A stretch of 56,016 nucleotides of DNA, the filler included, from Sphacelaria rigidula (lineage: Eukaryota), in the NCBI GenBank assembly GCA_964200075.2. It is 6 parts of 6 records of this genome, joined end to end, with 100 filler letters (N's around TTAATTAATTAA, not from the genome) between each part and the next. Parts side by side here need not be neighbours in the genome. Positions count along the whole stretch, not along the records: positions 1 to 9,254 come from CAXNAA020008915.1; positions 9,355 to 18,607 come from CAXNAA020008916.1; 4 more parts are not named here. One strand, 5' to 3'. Below are positions 1 to 13,031 of the stretch, one piece after another. The notes beneath the pieces were generated by a model, which searched no databases, was not told the DNA's origin, and was given only the letters and a program-made list of their open reading frames with translations. How positions within the stretch are numbered: the first letter of the stretch is position 1; every line of letters starts with the position of its first letter. The position numbers and the translations under genes were made by a program.

Positions 1-3000
1 CCCCCCCCCCCCCCCCCCCCCGCCACGAAAGGAATTCTTGGAAAAGTGCAAAAAAACTAAGGAAAAAAACAAAAAAGTACCCCCCCCCCCCCCCCTGCGC
101 GTTCCTTCCCTTCTCCTACTGATATTAGTAATGCTCAGATTAAACGAAAGCTTCGGAAAGCGTTGAACTTTTGAGCATCCACAGTGGGTCGTCTGGTTCC
201 TGTTCATTTTCAAGTCAAATCATGCCAATTCAATATATGGGAACACAACACGGGAGTTTCGTGGCAGCGAAGGAATGATGTACAGACGGCAAGCCGCATG
301 AGAAACAGAAGAGCAGAAGAGAGTCACCATGGTGTTGTCTGTTCCAGTACACACCACGCTCTCTAACGTCAGTCTCCAGAGCGAGTTACCATAGAAGCGG
401 CAAGCTTCTCTGTTCGGAATTGTCGGAGTGCACATTACCTTTGCACACTTCAAGTCTCAGAAACAAAGTTACTCAGATTCAGACCTCTCCTCCCATTTTG
501 CCCCGCCTCCGTCCCGTCTGTGTGGCTTTATTTCATTTGCTCTCATTGGGGATGGTGGCTCGTTCAGGAGAATCCATCGATAGGCCGGCTAAATCACGGA
601 TGTCTTCGTCGGCCACAAGTGCGATTCGAGCGTAATATTTTGCGTCATGTGCTTCAAATCACAAGGCATGTTTGCTCAAACTCGCTTTGCGGGAACGTCC
701 CACGCCCGGCGCCCAACACGGCAAAGAGCATTTGCTATTCAGTTGCAGGGGACGCTAGAAGAAATAATAAAAAAGGAGTTTGAACATGCTTGCGTGTCGA
801 GGTTGTGGACGTGTATGTGGCCCCTGAACAGGGAGAGCGTCGCTTAAAATCACCATATGCTCGTTCGAGTGATGTATCGGTTAATCAAGTGTATCCACAT
901 GAAGAAAAAAAAACGAGGATGAGTTGTTTACGGTCTGAAAAATGTCGTTCACCAGCCCGGACGAAATTCGGAGGCCAACACCCCCCCTAGTTCGTATCCC
1001 TAACTGTACCCGCACAGAGTTGTACCAGCAGCCACTGTTATAACCGCCGCATTTTCGAAAGTGCGCGCACATCATCTGGACAGAAAATGTGTCCCTTATC
1101 TAATGGTGCACGTAGCTCGTCTTCTCGAACTGTTGGCTGCCACGGTGTGCCATGCGTAAATCAAATGGTCGAGCTCATCGTGCCGCGGTACCGCAGATGC
1201 AGCGAGATATGCGACGTCCCATGCAACGGACACGCCACCATCAGCGAGCAGGGGCATCCAGCTTGTACTACTACAACAATACAGTGCATCACAACATCAT
1301 TGAACACACCACACGAGTCCCTGGCCGGCTGCCGTGCAACTTCGGCAAACCTTCCAGACACGGATGGGGACCTCCGTCCTTGTCTTACGACCACCGAGGC
1401 ATACCATAAGTACGTCAACCAGCAAGTTGCCGGCCGCTACGGACTACTGCTTGTGCAAACGGGGTTGCGCACCGTTACAGTACTGCGTTGCTCGTGTGCC
1501 TCGACTACTGTGCCGGAGCTCCCTTCATCTCGATCCGCCCTCCCCCTCCTCCGTCCCAATCAAGCACATTCGAATTTGCTTGGTTTGACCGCAGCATGAG
1601 GAAAAGGGGGGGAGAAATACTTGCTGCTCAGCAGATGAACCGAGGAAAAAGCGGTGGGAGCGGGAGAAAGTAGTTATTGTACACCAGAGTAGTCCAACCA
1701 CACGAGCAGTGCAGTACTGTAGCGATATCGCACGGCCGCTTTCACACAGTCAGCTCAGCAGAAGCGAGCAGTGCGATATTTGACACGACAGCGGCGTATA
1801 GCTGGAACTGAAATCCACATCCGGGTTTGAAGTAATAACGAACAGGCACGACGGCTGGTCAGGGACTGGTTGTTTTCCCCGCTGTTGCTGCAGTGCAGTA
1901 CATCATATATCACTGCCTACACATAGCATAGGACGTCGGTATATCCCTGCCTGATGGGTTCGCTCAAGTGTGCAGTATTGCTGCACCATGAGCGTAGCGT
2001 GTAGCCCATGCAGTGCCGATAGTACTATTTCAGTACGTTTGATGAAATGTGGGATATCTGAAAAGGTATCGGCAGGGCACACTTGGCGGAGTTCAAAGGT
2101 GAAATACGAGGTCCCCATGCAACGCCTCTGTTATGACGTGATTTGGGCGGGCAGGAATGAAAAAGAGACGCGTGACTGTATGGCGGGTGTCTGAGCGTGT
2201 TTGTCAGGGGTCGGTGTATCAGGTATGACTTGCCGTCTCGCATTCTCGCTGCGTCGATGCACACGTGTTAGGCCTGCGTTCACTGCATCAAGTATTGCAA
2301 CTTTGAAGCTGCTTCCAGGCTTGGTACAAGAACATTGTCCGATTTCATGTGCCTCCAACTGAAGAGGATAACCCCTGAATAGAAAACAACAACGCTCAGC
2401 CTGTCTGCACATCTGGTGAACAGATAACCCCTCCAGCTTCCTTCCAAGTAAGGGTTGAACACGCATCATCTTTCGATGTGTTCCAGTATTTTACCACAAG
2501 ACAGGTCACTTACTGGAGAAGCAAGTCCTATAGAGCTGACTGATCCGCGTGTGCGTGTGACGACAGTCAGTTCGTGCCTGTTCCGGGGTTGGTGTGCACG
2601 TGTTGTACTTTCTCGTTTTGTCGACCTTGAACCAGAGCCAAGATGTTGAACCAAAATCCGCTAGATGACCCACGGCATCCTACTTTTCGGTGAGGAGTCT
2701 CGGGCGCTTGATTTCAGAACACCACATATGTGTGCAGACACGCTCAAAGAGGTATCTCCGACACTTGGGTACCTAGCAACTAACTCTCTGCGTTCGAGGG
2801 GTGACGACCTGCCTTCGTTGTGGGTGACGGTTGAGGTTTCCCTGAGAATAATCATTTTCACTCACGTATTTTAATCCAGCGTTGGGTTCGCTTCTCTTTC
2901 GACAGCAAATTGTCTCATTTTCACATTCAAAACCAACGCCGAGAAATTTATGGCGGGTTTCGGGATAATTTTCAAATCAAGGTCAGGGTTCGAGGTATCC

Positions 3001-3143
3001 CGTGATGCAATATGCTCGCGGCGTATCTCAGGGATTCTTGCGACAGGGCGAAAATGTTTGATCAACGACCACTGAGAAACACGCGGACATCCAAACCTGC
3101 CTGAGGGAAAACCATCAAGATTTTTCTCTTCGTAGTCCAGTAA

Positions 3144-3226
3144 AGGTATCTCAAACTCGAGGTGCTCGGTTTAATGTACGTCGAATTTATGTGAAACGTT
3201 CCGGGAACGTCGAGTTTGAGGTACCT
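3144..3226. mobile_element. ~85-bp mini-MITE with terminal inverted repeats (copy 1)
   Basis: AGGTATCTCAAACTCGAG ... TCGAGTTTGAGGTACCT; the same TIR occurs at 31281-31365 on another contig. Confidence 0.7.
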
Positions 3227-4114
3227 CTTGTAATCAAGTTTCACTCACTGGATTTGCTCTTTGTTCGCTGTTGGCAGAATACTGGACGAACCAAAACTCG
3301 CTTTAACGTATTTTCAACTGAAGAAGTTGCATGCAGTGAATTTCGGAGTCGCCCTATTCCATCGTCAAGGAATAAGCTCGCAGGATTCCTCGAAACCGTC
3401 GAAGACTGAAGTGCATGTGGAGACGACCAACGGCTAGTGGTGGTGGAGTTGACGCGCGTGTGCGAAGACTTTCTACAACCCCTTTCGTGCTTCGAGTATA
3501 GACCTCTATTATTCGTTGCTGAGGCGAGAAATGATCATTGTAGGCCCACCGATATCGATAGAGGTTGTTGCATTCCAAGATATCACACGCAAAACAGCAC
3601 AACAGACCCTGCAATAGCAATGGATTCTGCCGCAATAGAGGCCAATGTTGTCGTTGGTAATGACTATCGATCGACACGCGTCGTCGGCTGTCGTCGGCAG
3701 TATCCATCGGTAGACCCCTACCCCACACTTGTGCCTGGGAAGCAGCGCATTATGGTCGTACGTCGAATGCCATCGCCGCCGACCGAAGATATCGATAAAT
3801 AGCTTTTCCATATACACTGATGACGGCAACGGGTACCGACCGACTGTGTGCCAAACCCAGTGATGGCGGCAAGGAGTAGTGATGGATTGTGTACTAAATC
3901 TGTTCTTAGCAACGGCTACGAGCATTGATAGATCGCGTACAAAATCTGTTGATGGTGGCTGTAGCTGACGACAGATGCAGATCATAAGCTAGTGTGGTAT
4001 ACAATGCCCATCGACAATTATTAATCTGTAGTCTGTTGCCACACCTGCAATGCACTATATTGTGCATAGAGCGTGTGGTCTATTGAGGTACGGTAGAGGA
4101 GCCACATGTGAACA

Positions 4115-4488
4115 TGTTGTGTTGTGTGTTGCCACCCATCTATCCTCATCCCATCTCTCCTGGATGCCAGTCTACACCTTCCGGCACATGCGGGCACATC
4201 AGCCGGGGCTACATAAGAGGAATGTCAATACAAGATTCAGGGCTTTTTCTGTTTCTTGTCGCACTCGATTTTCCTATTGCGGTGCAGGCCTTCATTTCTA
4301 CCGCGACAAGAGTTCCGAGCTTTCTCCCCCTCGTCGACCACGAAGTCGAGTTTTGTGTACCCACGACATAGTCGCTCTCCGCTGTTGCGCGTGATGAGAG
4401 AAAAAAACAGATAGTGTGACTTCACCGGAATTCGAACACACGTCCCAACCGTCAAGAGGTTCAGAGCTTACAAACTGAGCCACCGGGC
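4115..4488 (-). mobile_element. tRNA-derived SINE
   Basis: Minus strand starts GCCCGGTGGCTCAGTTTGTAA (A box), has GTGTTCGAATTCC (B box), then a ~300-bp non-tRNA body ending in a CA/CAA-rich simple tail; no complete cloverleaf. Confidence 0.8.
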
Positions 4489-6669
4489 GGCCCACCATGT
4501 TCATGTGGTAGGCATACGACTACTGTACATGCGGGGACATGACGTCAGGATTCTACAAATTCGGAACGGTTGTGTGTTGTACAAACCCGTGACATGGGTG
4601 GACAGGAGTTTACGAATTATGTCGTCAGTGTGGTGTTGGTACCCAGGGCTCCCTCTCTCTGATGGACAAAAACGCTCAGAGTACGTTTGTGTGTGGGTGA
4701 GACATTTTATACTTCAGGCAAAAATACTGCCATAGAAAATTGTCGACGCTGGACTGCGGCCATCAATGTCTATTGCCAATCACAGCAGGATTTCCAGTGG
4801 GGCCACCAACATTGCTGGTCACAATGGGATAAAAGCTGTGCCAAATGTCTATGCTGGTTAGGATAGGATCTGAATCGTGGCCACTAATGTCTACCGGTAG
4901 TTCAAGTAGGAGGTGAACGGCGTCGATTAATAGCTCTTGGTACACATTTTCGGTGGATATTTCCACCTTCCGCAAAGCTATCGCTGGTAATTGCCTCAGG
5001 TAGTTGCGTTGCTGCGTATGATTGTGTTGGGATTTTTGCCGTTGGTGCCGTAAGACCACTGTAGTAAGCAGCATATATATATATCAAGACCATAGCTATG
5101 AGCGGCATTGCTCGCGGATAAATCTTCTTTACAATGATCTATTGTTGGCGGCAAAGGTTTTCAGCAGATTGGTTACCAAATTTATTGATGACGACAGTGG
5201 CTGTCGATAGACACATCCTAGGATCTGTTACGATGTACCATGTCCATCGATGGCCAGCGATCTTTATCCCTTTTCATTGCCATTGACTATTGATCGAGGC
5301 TTGCGGCATTATGGCATTACATATCGACATATATTTTCACCATCAACTGCATTCGACAATATATATCGAAAGGTTTTCTCCCGTGTCTCCTATTGAAGCA
5401 GTGGACTTTTGTTGTGTCTCTTGTCGGGAGTGTGCCAACTTCCCAAGGACTCTTGTTGCCATGTTTGCATTTTTGCACACGTCTGGCAGAAGGGAACGGA
5501 ACCGGTAATATCATGACCTCAGCATCATGTCCCAAAACATGTTCTACAGCGGGCAATGCCATCGCGGCAACAACTCGGCACTGAAATATGCAGCGTTACT
5601 TTTGGTACCTTGTATCGTCAGCACGCGTGTATCCCCCGTCAAACCTTCCACAATGGAGTCACTATGCCCTGTACACTGCTTGAATATCTGCCTTGTTCCA
5701 AAACACTGTAGCGCAGGAGTATTCGGCATGTGATGGCGGCACAATGGTATTCAGAATGTAGCTAAGCACACTTTCCACTGAGGACCATGTCAAGTGGGAG
5801 CCCAAGCCATTTTTTTTCGGTACGATGTCGGACCTTAGTCGAGAACAACATATGCGTGAGATGAGGTACAGACTTTGGTTTCGGAACGGGAGGGGTTTCG
5901 TGTTTTATACCAAAACGGCCGAATCGTCTGAAACGGTCGTCACCCCCCTGAAAGCCCGTGGTCTGACGGGTATTTTGGCGCGATCAAGTGTAATTTTTTC
6001 TTCGTTTCTTGAGCACATTTGCCCTCGCGACTCTGCCCTGACCTCGCAGATGTTCGTTTTTTTTTGCATCTAAGCTCCCGTGTGATCACGGGATTTCACG
6101 GGCGTCACGACGATTTCGGACGGATCGACAATCTTGGTGTAAATCATGAAGCAAGACTGTTTCGAAAAAGAATCTACTCCTAATCTCATGAGCGTTTTGT
6201 TCAAGGTGTCTCTTTGACAAGGTATGCCTCAAGCAGCCGAACCCTTTGAAAAAAAACGCCAATGATTCCAATGCTGACTGTATTGCCCTCGAGAGGTAGA
6301 AAGCGGGGTGATAAGACAAGATCAATTCCTCACAGGGCCACGGAGCCGGTCCTCTAAGGGAGAGCGGTGGGATACGCCAAAGCAGCGACATTCCCTACGT
6401 CCTTGTCCTACACCGCCTCATATTAATTCGAAGTGTCGGCTGTTTTTCGCTCCTATATATGTCGTGCATTTTAATCGCTCACAATCGATCACATTCGCTG
6501 CGTGTGGTGATTGTCCGGAAGAAATGGGAGTCAAGTGTGCAGCGTGCAGCCCGAAAACTCGCGATACTTTCGTCAACATCTCACAACATACAAAGGCGCT
6601 CGAATGAATGTATACAGAAACCATAACACCGTCGGTACACCACACTGTAAAATACCTGGTCGTGGGCGT

Positions 6670-7670
6670 TATACAGTGGGGGGCTCTCAGTAGTGCCGGC
6701 ATGTGTCCATCACGGACACCGGCACTACTCAGAGAGCCCGGCACTACTCTGAAAAGTGCTAAAACAGGTGCAATTGAGGGCTCTGAATACCTCAGTAGTG
6801 CCGGTTCTGGCACTACTGACGACCGTCCGTTCGTACAGTGCTACGCTTGCCCTTCGTGGAACCAACGGAAGCACCAAACGGACGCGGACCTTTGTTTCAA
6901 GGGGTTTCGATAGGATACGTCACGTAAGGTTTCGGGGTAGCAGAACCAAACCCGATGTTTTTTTGTTTTTCACATTCAACTTGATTGATCCTGTTCACAG
7001 GTTGATCATTTCCTTCCCTACTAGCACAACAGCAGCAGTACGGCCACAAAAGTTACTCATGCCGGAAGACCTTCCCGACAAGAAAAACAAGGACACATCT
7101 GCACCCAACGCAACTATGAAGGTGCGGCATCTGGTGTGGAAAAAAACTCACGAAAGAGTACACCGCCCACCAAAAGGAGTGAGCGAGAAAGAATGAACCA
7201 CACACCCCTCTTCACTTTCTACCGGCTACCGAGACAAGGAGAGAGAGAAACAAACGACCTCGAAGGAAAACACTGCTGCATTTCGTTGTCGCCAAACATG
7301 CTGCCGCAAATACCGTGGAGCCTTCCGCCACATGTCCCCTGGCAACCGTGGCCATGACGGCCTGCACCAGGCACAGTTCACCTTCCGCACAACGCGTGTT
7401 GTGTCCCTACGTTGCAAGGTCTGCACCAGCACGTACCCTACTGTACTCCTACTGGTGCTTGGTTGGTGGGGGGTAAGGCGTGCGTGAGTGTGTTCGGAAC
7501 CGGCACTGTTGAGGGTGCAAAACCGTTCAAACCGGCACTACTGAGGGTCATCTGTCAGTAGTGCCGGGCGGCACTACTGCAAGCTCTGGCTGTGCCCCGA
7601 GATTTTTACGGGCATTATATAGGTCGTTGGCACTATTCAACCAGCACTACTGAGAGCCCCCCCCGTTATA
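6670..7670. mobile_element. ~1-kb non-autonomous DNA transposon (TA-flanked TIRs, Tc1/mariner-like) with subterminal GGCACTACT repeats
   Basis: Left TATACAGTGGGGGGCTCTCAGTAGTGCCGG vs right CCAGCACTACTGAGAGCCCCCCCCGTTATA; about 10 GGCACTACT/AGTAGTGCC-like motifs clustered near both ends; no transposase ORF. Confidence 0.75.
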
Positions 7671-9198
7671 GAAGGGTCAGCGCCTACTTCACCCTGTTGG
7701 GCCGCATACCGTGTTCGGACAACATGAGAGTAGCGTTGACATCGTATTTTTCTCGTCATCTGGGGGTGCTAAACTGATCACATCAACACAGGGTGGAGCG
7801 ATCAAGGGGTCAGCGACAGAAAGCGGGACAACCATTTCTTCCAAATAGTGGGCTTGTTGACGCATCTAATGACCAACCAATTTAGCAACAACATCAAGCA
7901 GCTGAGGTATCCGGGGAAGCGAGGGTACGCGACAACTGCAACAAACACGGGATTTGACTAGTTACGGGATGGATTTGTTCGGATGATGAGCTTTGGAAAC
8001 ATCATGAGCCCTGAAACATTTTCGCAAACAAAATGCACACGAACTCTTCGGCCATGATGTGTGACTTTGATCATCCTAAAAAAGACCATACGCAATTTGT
8101 AAAGTTCTGTGTTTGTAGCGAACAATTTTTACCTGCGTTCATTCCCGCACCGAAAAATTGCTCTCATATTCCAGAACCTCCTGGTATTACAGGATTTTAC
8201 GACTGACGTGTGGGCGTTCTCCTGAGGATGACCAAGACCACATATCACCGTCCAAGAGTATATTCGCATCTTTCTCACGAAAGTATTTCGATGGTCATGA
8301 ACGTTCCCAAGGCCGATCTCGAACTTTTGGAAACAAATACAAACGCTATTGGTAAAATCCGGCGTTAATACCCAGCAATGGTAAAGGCTGCCACTCCTGC
8401 TCACCCCCTGCCGCCACGGCTGGCAGAAGCGTGATAATGGCTCAAGCCGCCAGCAACTACTGCACACCGACTAGTGCGCAGCTGGCTTCGCATAGCACAC
8501 CTCCCCGCCAGTGTTGTGTAGTGTACTCTCTGTAGTGTACTGTTTGCCTACTCGCAGTCATTGCACCCCAAGACGTGTCAGTGCTGCCCTAACTTTGAGC
8601 TGGGAAAGACATCTGTTGGTAAGAGCGTTGGATGTCGTTTGGCATATAACTCGACTGTACTTTTATAGAACAAGATGGTGACCGTTTCGAACACGAGTGA
8701 TCCCCAATATCCTCAACGGGTCCCCAATTTTGATTGGGCCTCGCCTCGTTAAAATTGGAGAACCGCTGAAAGTCAGGCGAACAACTGTTACGGTGGCGTG
8801 TAGTTGATAAAAGTAAATACATGGGAAAAAATAACTGCACACAAGTGTGACTCCCCCAACAAATAGCTGTTTCGTAGCGCCACCAAAAACTTCGAGACAC
8901 CATCATAATAATATCACCGCAACACACAGGTAACTTGAATATATCACATAAAACTTTAAAAGAGGGTAGCTTTCGTCAGGTGTCGGTCGCATATGCAGAA
9001 GGCAAACAAAAGTTGCGGTAGCGCATGTCGAAAACGAGCAATAGGTTTTCACGGGTGAAAAAATATTTCGCACCAATTCTTGAGCATCAAGCCGTAGAAC
9101 CAGCTCCACTAGACAGTCATGAACAAGACGGTTCTAACGATTCACTCAAATTTTGAATCAGCACCCGCAATCTCGAGATATGAACATTTCACGCTTAG

Positions 9199-9254
9199 GA
9201 CAAATCATCACGACTCAAAATCACCAAATTCACGATTTCTTCGGTCCGATTGCC
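9199..9254 (+). repeat. Truncated copy of the dispersed repeat family seen at 13917-14246
   Basis: GGACAAATCATCACGACTCAAAATCACCAAATTCACGATTTCTTCGGTCCGATTGCC matches the other copies; cut by the contig end. Confidence 0.6.
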
Positions 9255-9354
9255 NNNNNNNNNNNNNNNNNNNNNNNNNNNNNNNNNNNNNNNNNNNNTT
9301 AATTAATTAANNNNNNNNNNNNNNNNNNNNNNNNNNNNNNNNNNNNNNNNNNNN
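9255..9354. other. Artificial contig linker (44 N + TTAATTAATTAA + 44 N)
   Basis: 100-bp spacer with a six-frame-stop 12-mer; identical at five positions. Confidence 0.99.
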
Positions 9355-9497
9355 CTTATAGATTACCACGCCAGATAACACCTGTTCACAGGACCATGCA
9401 AACTCCATCCAACTCATTCTCAGCTACTTAGCCATAAATTCCGCTCGGTTGCGTTAGTCGTTAGTGCACGTGCATGTAACTACTCTTGTGTTCGGGG

Positions 9498-9657
9498 AGA
9501 AACACCTGAGCCCGCCGAACCCATGGTTACGGATTTATTGTGCAGCACGATCTTGTTTCGAAAATGAATATAGAGTAGAAACCCCCGAGCCGTCCAACCC
9601 CATGGTTGCGAACTTAATGAACTGAATGGTCTTGTTTCGAAAAAAAGATAGTACAGT
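9498..9657. repeat. Degenerate tandem duplication, ~79-bp unit
   Basis: GAAAC..CCCATGGTT..TCTTGTTTCGAAAA occurs twice head to tail. Confidence 0.7.
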
Positions 9658-10829
9658 CTGTGGTGTTGCCAGATGATGTCGCCTAGCTAGCTAGCTAGCT
9701 AGCTACCTACCTAGCCATGTATCCAGCAGATGGTCCACGAGGGAAAGGCAGTGCTGATCCCCTGTCAGGCCGCTTCTTATAGACTGAAAAAAATTCTGCC
9801 TGAAAACTGCCCTTTTGAACCTTTCATTACAGATTATTGGCGGAATACCGGCCTTGGCGGATTTGGCCTCCTCGGAAAGATTTGCTCTATTCTCCACGAG
9901 GATTCCAGCACGCTTGTCCGATATTTCGTACTCCCAGTTTTTCTCCTGGCCGGATTGTGGATTTTTTTCAGTCAGTTTGAAGTATTTAACCACGACAGCT
10001 GGTCACCTGCTGATGAGGCATGGATATCTACTCTTTTCATCTTATCATCAACAGAGGTATATCCAACTTTGCTCTCGGTTCCTTGGTTTATTCGCTCACT
10101 CCTTCTTATATTTTTTTCAGTCCGAGTTTGAGATACAACTATCGATGATTTAAACATGCTTTCGTGGAGTGTTTAAAAGATATGACGGTGGTAAATGTTC
10201 CTTCCCCAACTATTGTGATGAGTTGAACACCAGGTCAACACCCGAATAAACGTCTCTTGAGAATGATCGGTTGGACTGTATAATAATAGCACGGTAGGTA
10301 CAGCCTTCTATACAGGACTATTTCTACCTCACCTGTTAATAGTATGTCCTCAATACAGGAGAGTGCATTTGTTCGTATCACCGATTCATGTTCAAAAGGT
10401 GTAGCTCCGCATGCAGGACTTTTATGAACTGTTGCTACCAAGGTACACTGACAGTTCAACAAATAGCTCTGCATACAGGATGAACAGTGTTTTAGTGAGC
10501 TTGAGAGTAGATACTATACAGTGAGAACGTAAAGCGGTCAATCAGTTATTTCAAATCCTAAATGCACTTCCACCACGCACTACATGCTATCTGTGGTAGC
10601 TTGTCCCTGATGCCCTTCATATCCCTCAGTATGCTGTCGACGTGTCGCTGAATGCAAACGCCGGTGATAGGGGCAAAGAAGAGAACATACGGAATGAATG
10701 TTTGCCCAAGTGAAAGCGAATGATCGAAGGTACTTTTATTTGACGGTTTACTCTCGACTCATAGCACTGATGCCGACAACCGATGAACTATATCGATGAT
10801 CACACTATGAAGAAATACCCCGCCATGAA

Positions 10830-11107
10830 CACGCTTTTGTGGTTCTAGTTCCTTTTTTGAGTTTTGCTCGATCTTGAGGAGGCTTTTGTGGTTCGGGATC
10901 GGCACCCCGGGAAATAGAGCCAGTGTGGGCAACTTTCGATGCCCAGGACACGCGCCACAGGTATCACATGACATCTAAACCTCACAGGTAATGTACCGCT
11001 GCACCTTCTTTCTGCACTGCAAAAGAAAGCGCGGTATAAGATGCTTCGCCGCCGGAGAAAAATCGGCAAAAGTGGTGAAAAATGCGAAATGATACATGTA
11101 CATGTAT
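10830..11107 (-). repeat. Dispersed repeat family (copy on contig 2)
   Basis: Reverse complement aligns with 22790-23060 and partly with 23995-24045 (CATGTATCATTTC.CATTTTTCACCAC ... CTTTCTTTTGCAG). Confidence 0.8.
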
Positions 11108-11711
11108 ACATCTATATACTGTAGGTAACAGATCGCGACGTTTGCGCTCGCTCCGGAATCAACAAAAATCACAAATGTAACATGGATAATGACTGATGGG
11201 CCAAAAAAGCAAACAAGATCTGCTCGTTATAATCGAAGGGGGGGGGGAAAAAGAAGTTCCGATACACAGGGATACTTCATTGCCTGACTGGTTGATGTTA
11301 TGGATAAATGATTTGACCGATTGGTCGTTGTACAATAACTCATGGGCGTCGAACCTAGCCTTGGCCGCCACCAGACAGAAGCACCCGTGGAAAATGGCGG
11401 AGTGCAGTAAGTATGCTCCACAACCCAGATAATAAATTACGTTGCCGAAAATTTTACTGCATACAGTACGGGATCTGTTGTCTACTGCAATTGACGCAAC
11501 GACCAATACTGTACGCAGTACAATAGTTGACGATGTAACCTAGTCATTATCCAGGGTGTGGCATGTTCATGATGTGTTCGATATAGGGGTGTGAATGATG
11601 ACAAATCGATACAGAGAATAAATACATATAAAATATGACGTTTTTCAATACGCTTCACCTGTACCGAAGACAACGGTGCGTGTTTCACCAGTGCGTTGCA
11701 TACTGCAAATA

Positions 11712-11791
11712 CCCCCCCCCCCCTCGGCTTTGTAGGGATGCGAGGTCAATGGTCTCACGACTATGGCATGCATGATCATGAGTACACCCCC
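11712..11791 (-). repeat. ~65-bp G-tract-flanked dispersed repeat (subtype B)
   Basis: Reverse complement GTGTACTCATGATCATGCATGCCATAGTCGTGAGACCATTGACCTCGCATCCCTACAAAGCCG matches 27889-27960 and 37511-37575. Confidence 0.85.
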
Positions 11792-12947
11792 TCCCTTGGG
11801 AAACACCCTGGATGATCACTGTTATGATGTTTCAGGGCCACTTTTGGTATTCTGCAGCACTGTACAGGGGCACGAGGTGCATTGCCAACAACCATATCGA
11901 CGACACGTCAACATCGACAACAACGACAACCGAGAGAGTTCATATTCCCTCGTTCAAGCACGTCCTCGACAAAACAACAAAATCGCCGTCTTTACCTGGC
12001 GGAGGCGTTGCGGAAGGTGAAGGATTCCTGCCAGGCAGGGTCGGTCTCACCGTCCTGCGGAGACGGCGTTCGAGCACGGCACACAGATGGCAGGGCTGCA
12101 GTGTTCGGCGAGGGGGAAGAAACAGGACTCAAGACTCGACATATATCAGCGTTGGTCGGCGCCTCTTGTCCGCGCACCCGACGAATATTGAGACTTGTTA
12201 TAGTGAGAATCGCTCGGTCGTTTCAGAACGAATATACAACCCCGAGAACAAAACTGTAGCACGGACTACTGTATCGCTACATGAAAGTGTGCAAGTATTT
12301 CGAGTAAAAAAGCTCAGTCACCTGATTCAGCGACAACAACGCCAACAACAATGGGACCAACAACGACCAAGATAACGCGGAAGGTCGTCACAGTTTTGAT
12401 TGCAAGTGAACGGGTGGGTGGGGGGGGGGGGGGGGGGGGGGAAGCCCTACAGCTTCNNNNNNNNNNGGGGGGGGGTGGGTGGGAGGGTGGGTGGTCGTGT
12501 TATTTGGGGTGAAGCACTACAGCTTCCGATCGTCCGAGGACATGAGAAAGATACTCGAAACTCATCCTTGAAAAACTGAGAAAAAAGACAAGGGTAGTTT
12601 TTCTCGCCGCGGGAAAGGTGATCTGATTCAATGTGCGATTAAAGTCAAACTGTGGGGCAGGTATTCCGCTGTACTAGGAGAGAGACGGGGCCTGTTTCCA
12701 CACTCTGGATAATGGCAACAGAATACACTGTCAAAAACTGTACTGCGTACAGCGACTATTGCGTCTACTGCAATAAACAATATATTCCATACTATACGTA
12801 GTACAGTTTTTGACGATGTCATCTTTTGTCCAGTGTGTGGCTGCTTCAGAGGGAGCGGCAAGCTCAAGAGTTAACATCACGCAGAAAAAAAAAAGGTACA
12901 GTACCAGTACCAACATCAGCAGCAGTGAAAGTGCATTCTGTGCTTGC

Positions 12948-13031
12948 CTTGACCGTGGTTTCCATGATATCCGTCGAAGACTTCAGCTTCGCCAGGATGT
13001 ACGGGTTGCACGCTCCAAACATGGTCATGTT
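12948..13031 (-). CDS. Isolated internal exon (NMTMFGACNPYILAKLKSSTDIMETTVK), possibly dynein heavy chain N-terminal region 2
   Basis: Pyrimidine-rich acceptor TTGTTCTCCAG, 84 bp in phase 0-0, strongly GC3-biased codons, GC-type donor AAG|GCAAGC; peptide resembles the DHC_N2 segment NxxEACxxPxLLxKLxxxxxxLExIQK; flanking exons not found on this contig. Confidence 0.5.

Noticed and set aside
500..2470. Protein-like fragments on the minus strand of contig 1
   Set aside because: They are short, interrupted by stops and unrecognisable, so the support is insufficient.
4415..4488. Functional tRNA gene (also 43296-43376, 20395-20450, 44075-44125)
   Set aside because: A/B boxes are present but the acceptor and anticodon stems do not form; these are better explained as SINE or repeat heads.
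9299..9310. TTAATTAATTAA as a piggyBac target site, PacI site or regulatory motif
   Set aside because: It is always centred between 44-N runs, so it is a synthetic six-frame-stop spacer.
9703..10131. ORFs 9703..9993 (-) and 9730..10131 (+) as the next dynein exon or a membrane protein
   Set aside because: There is no YLExKR/FPRF motif, codon usage is AT-rich unlike the real exons, and I recognise no family.
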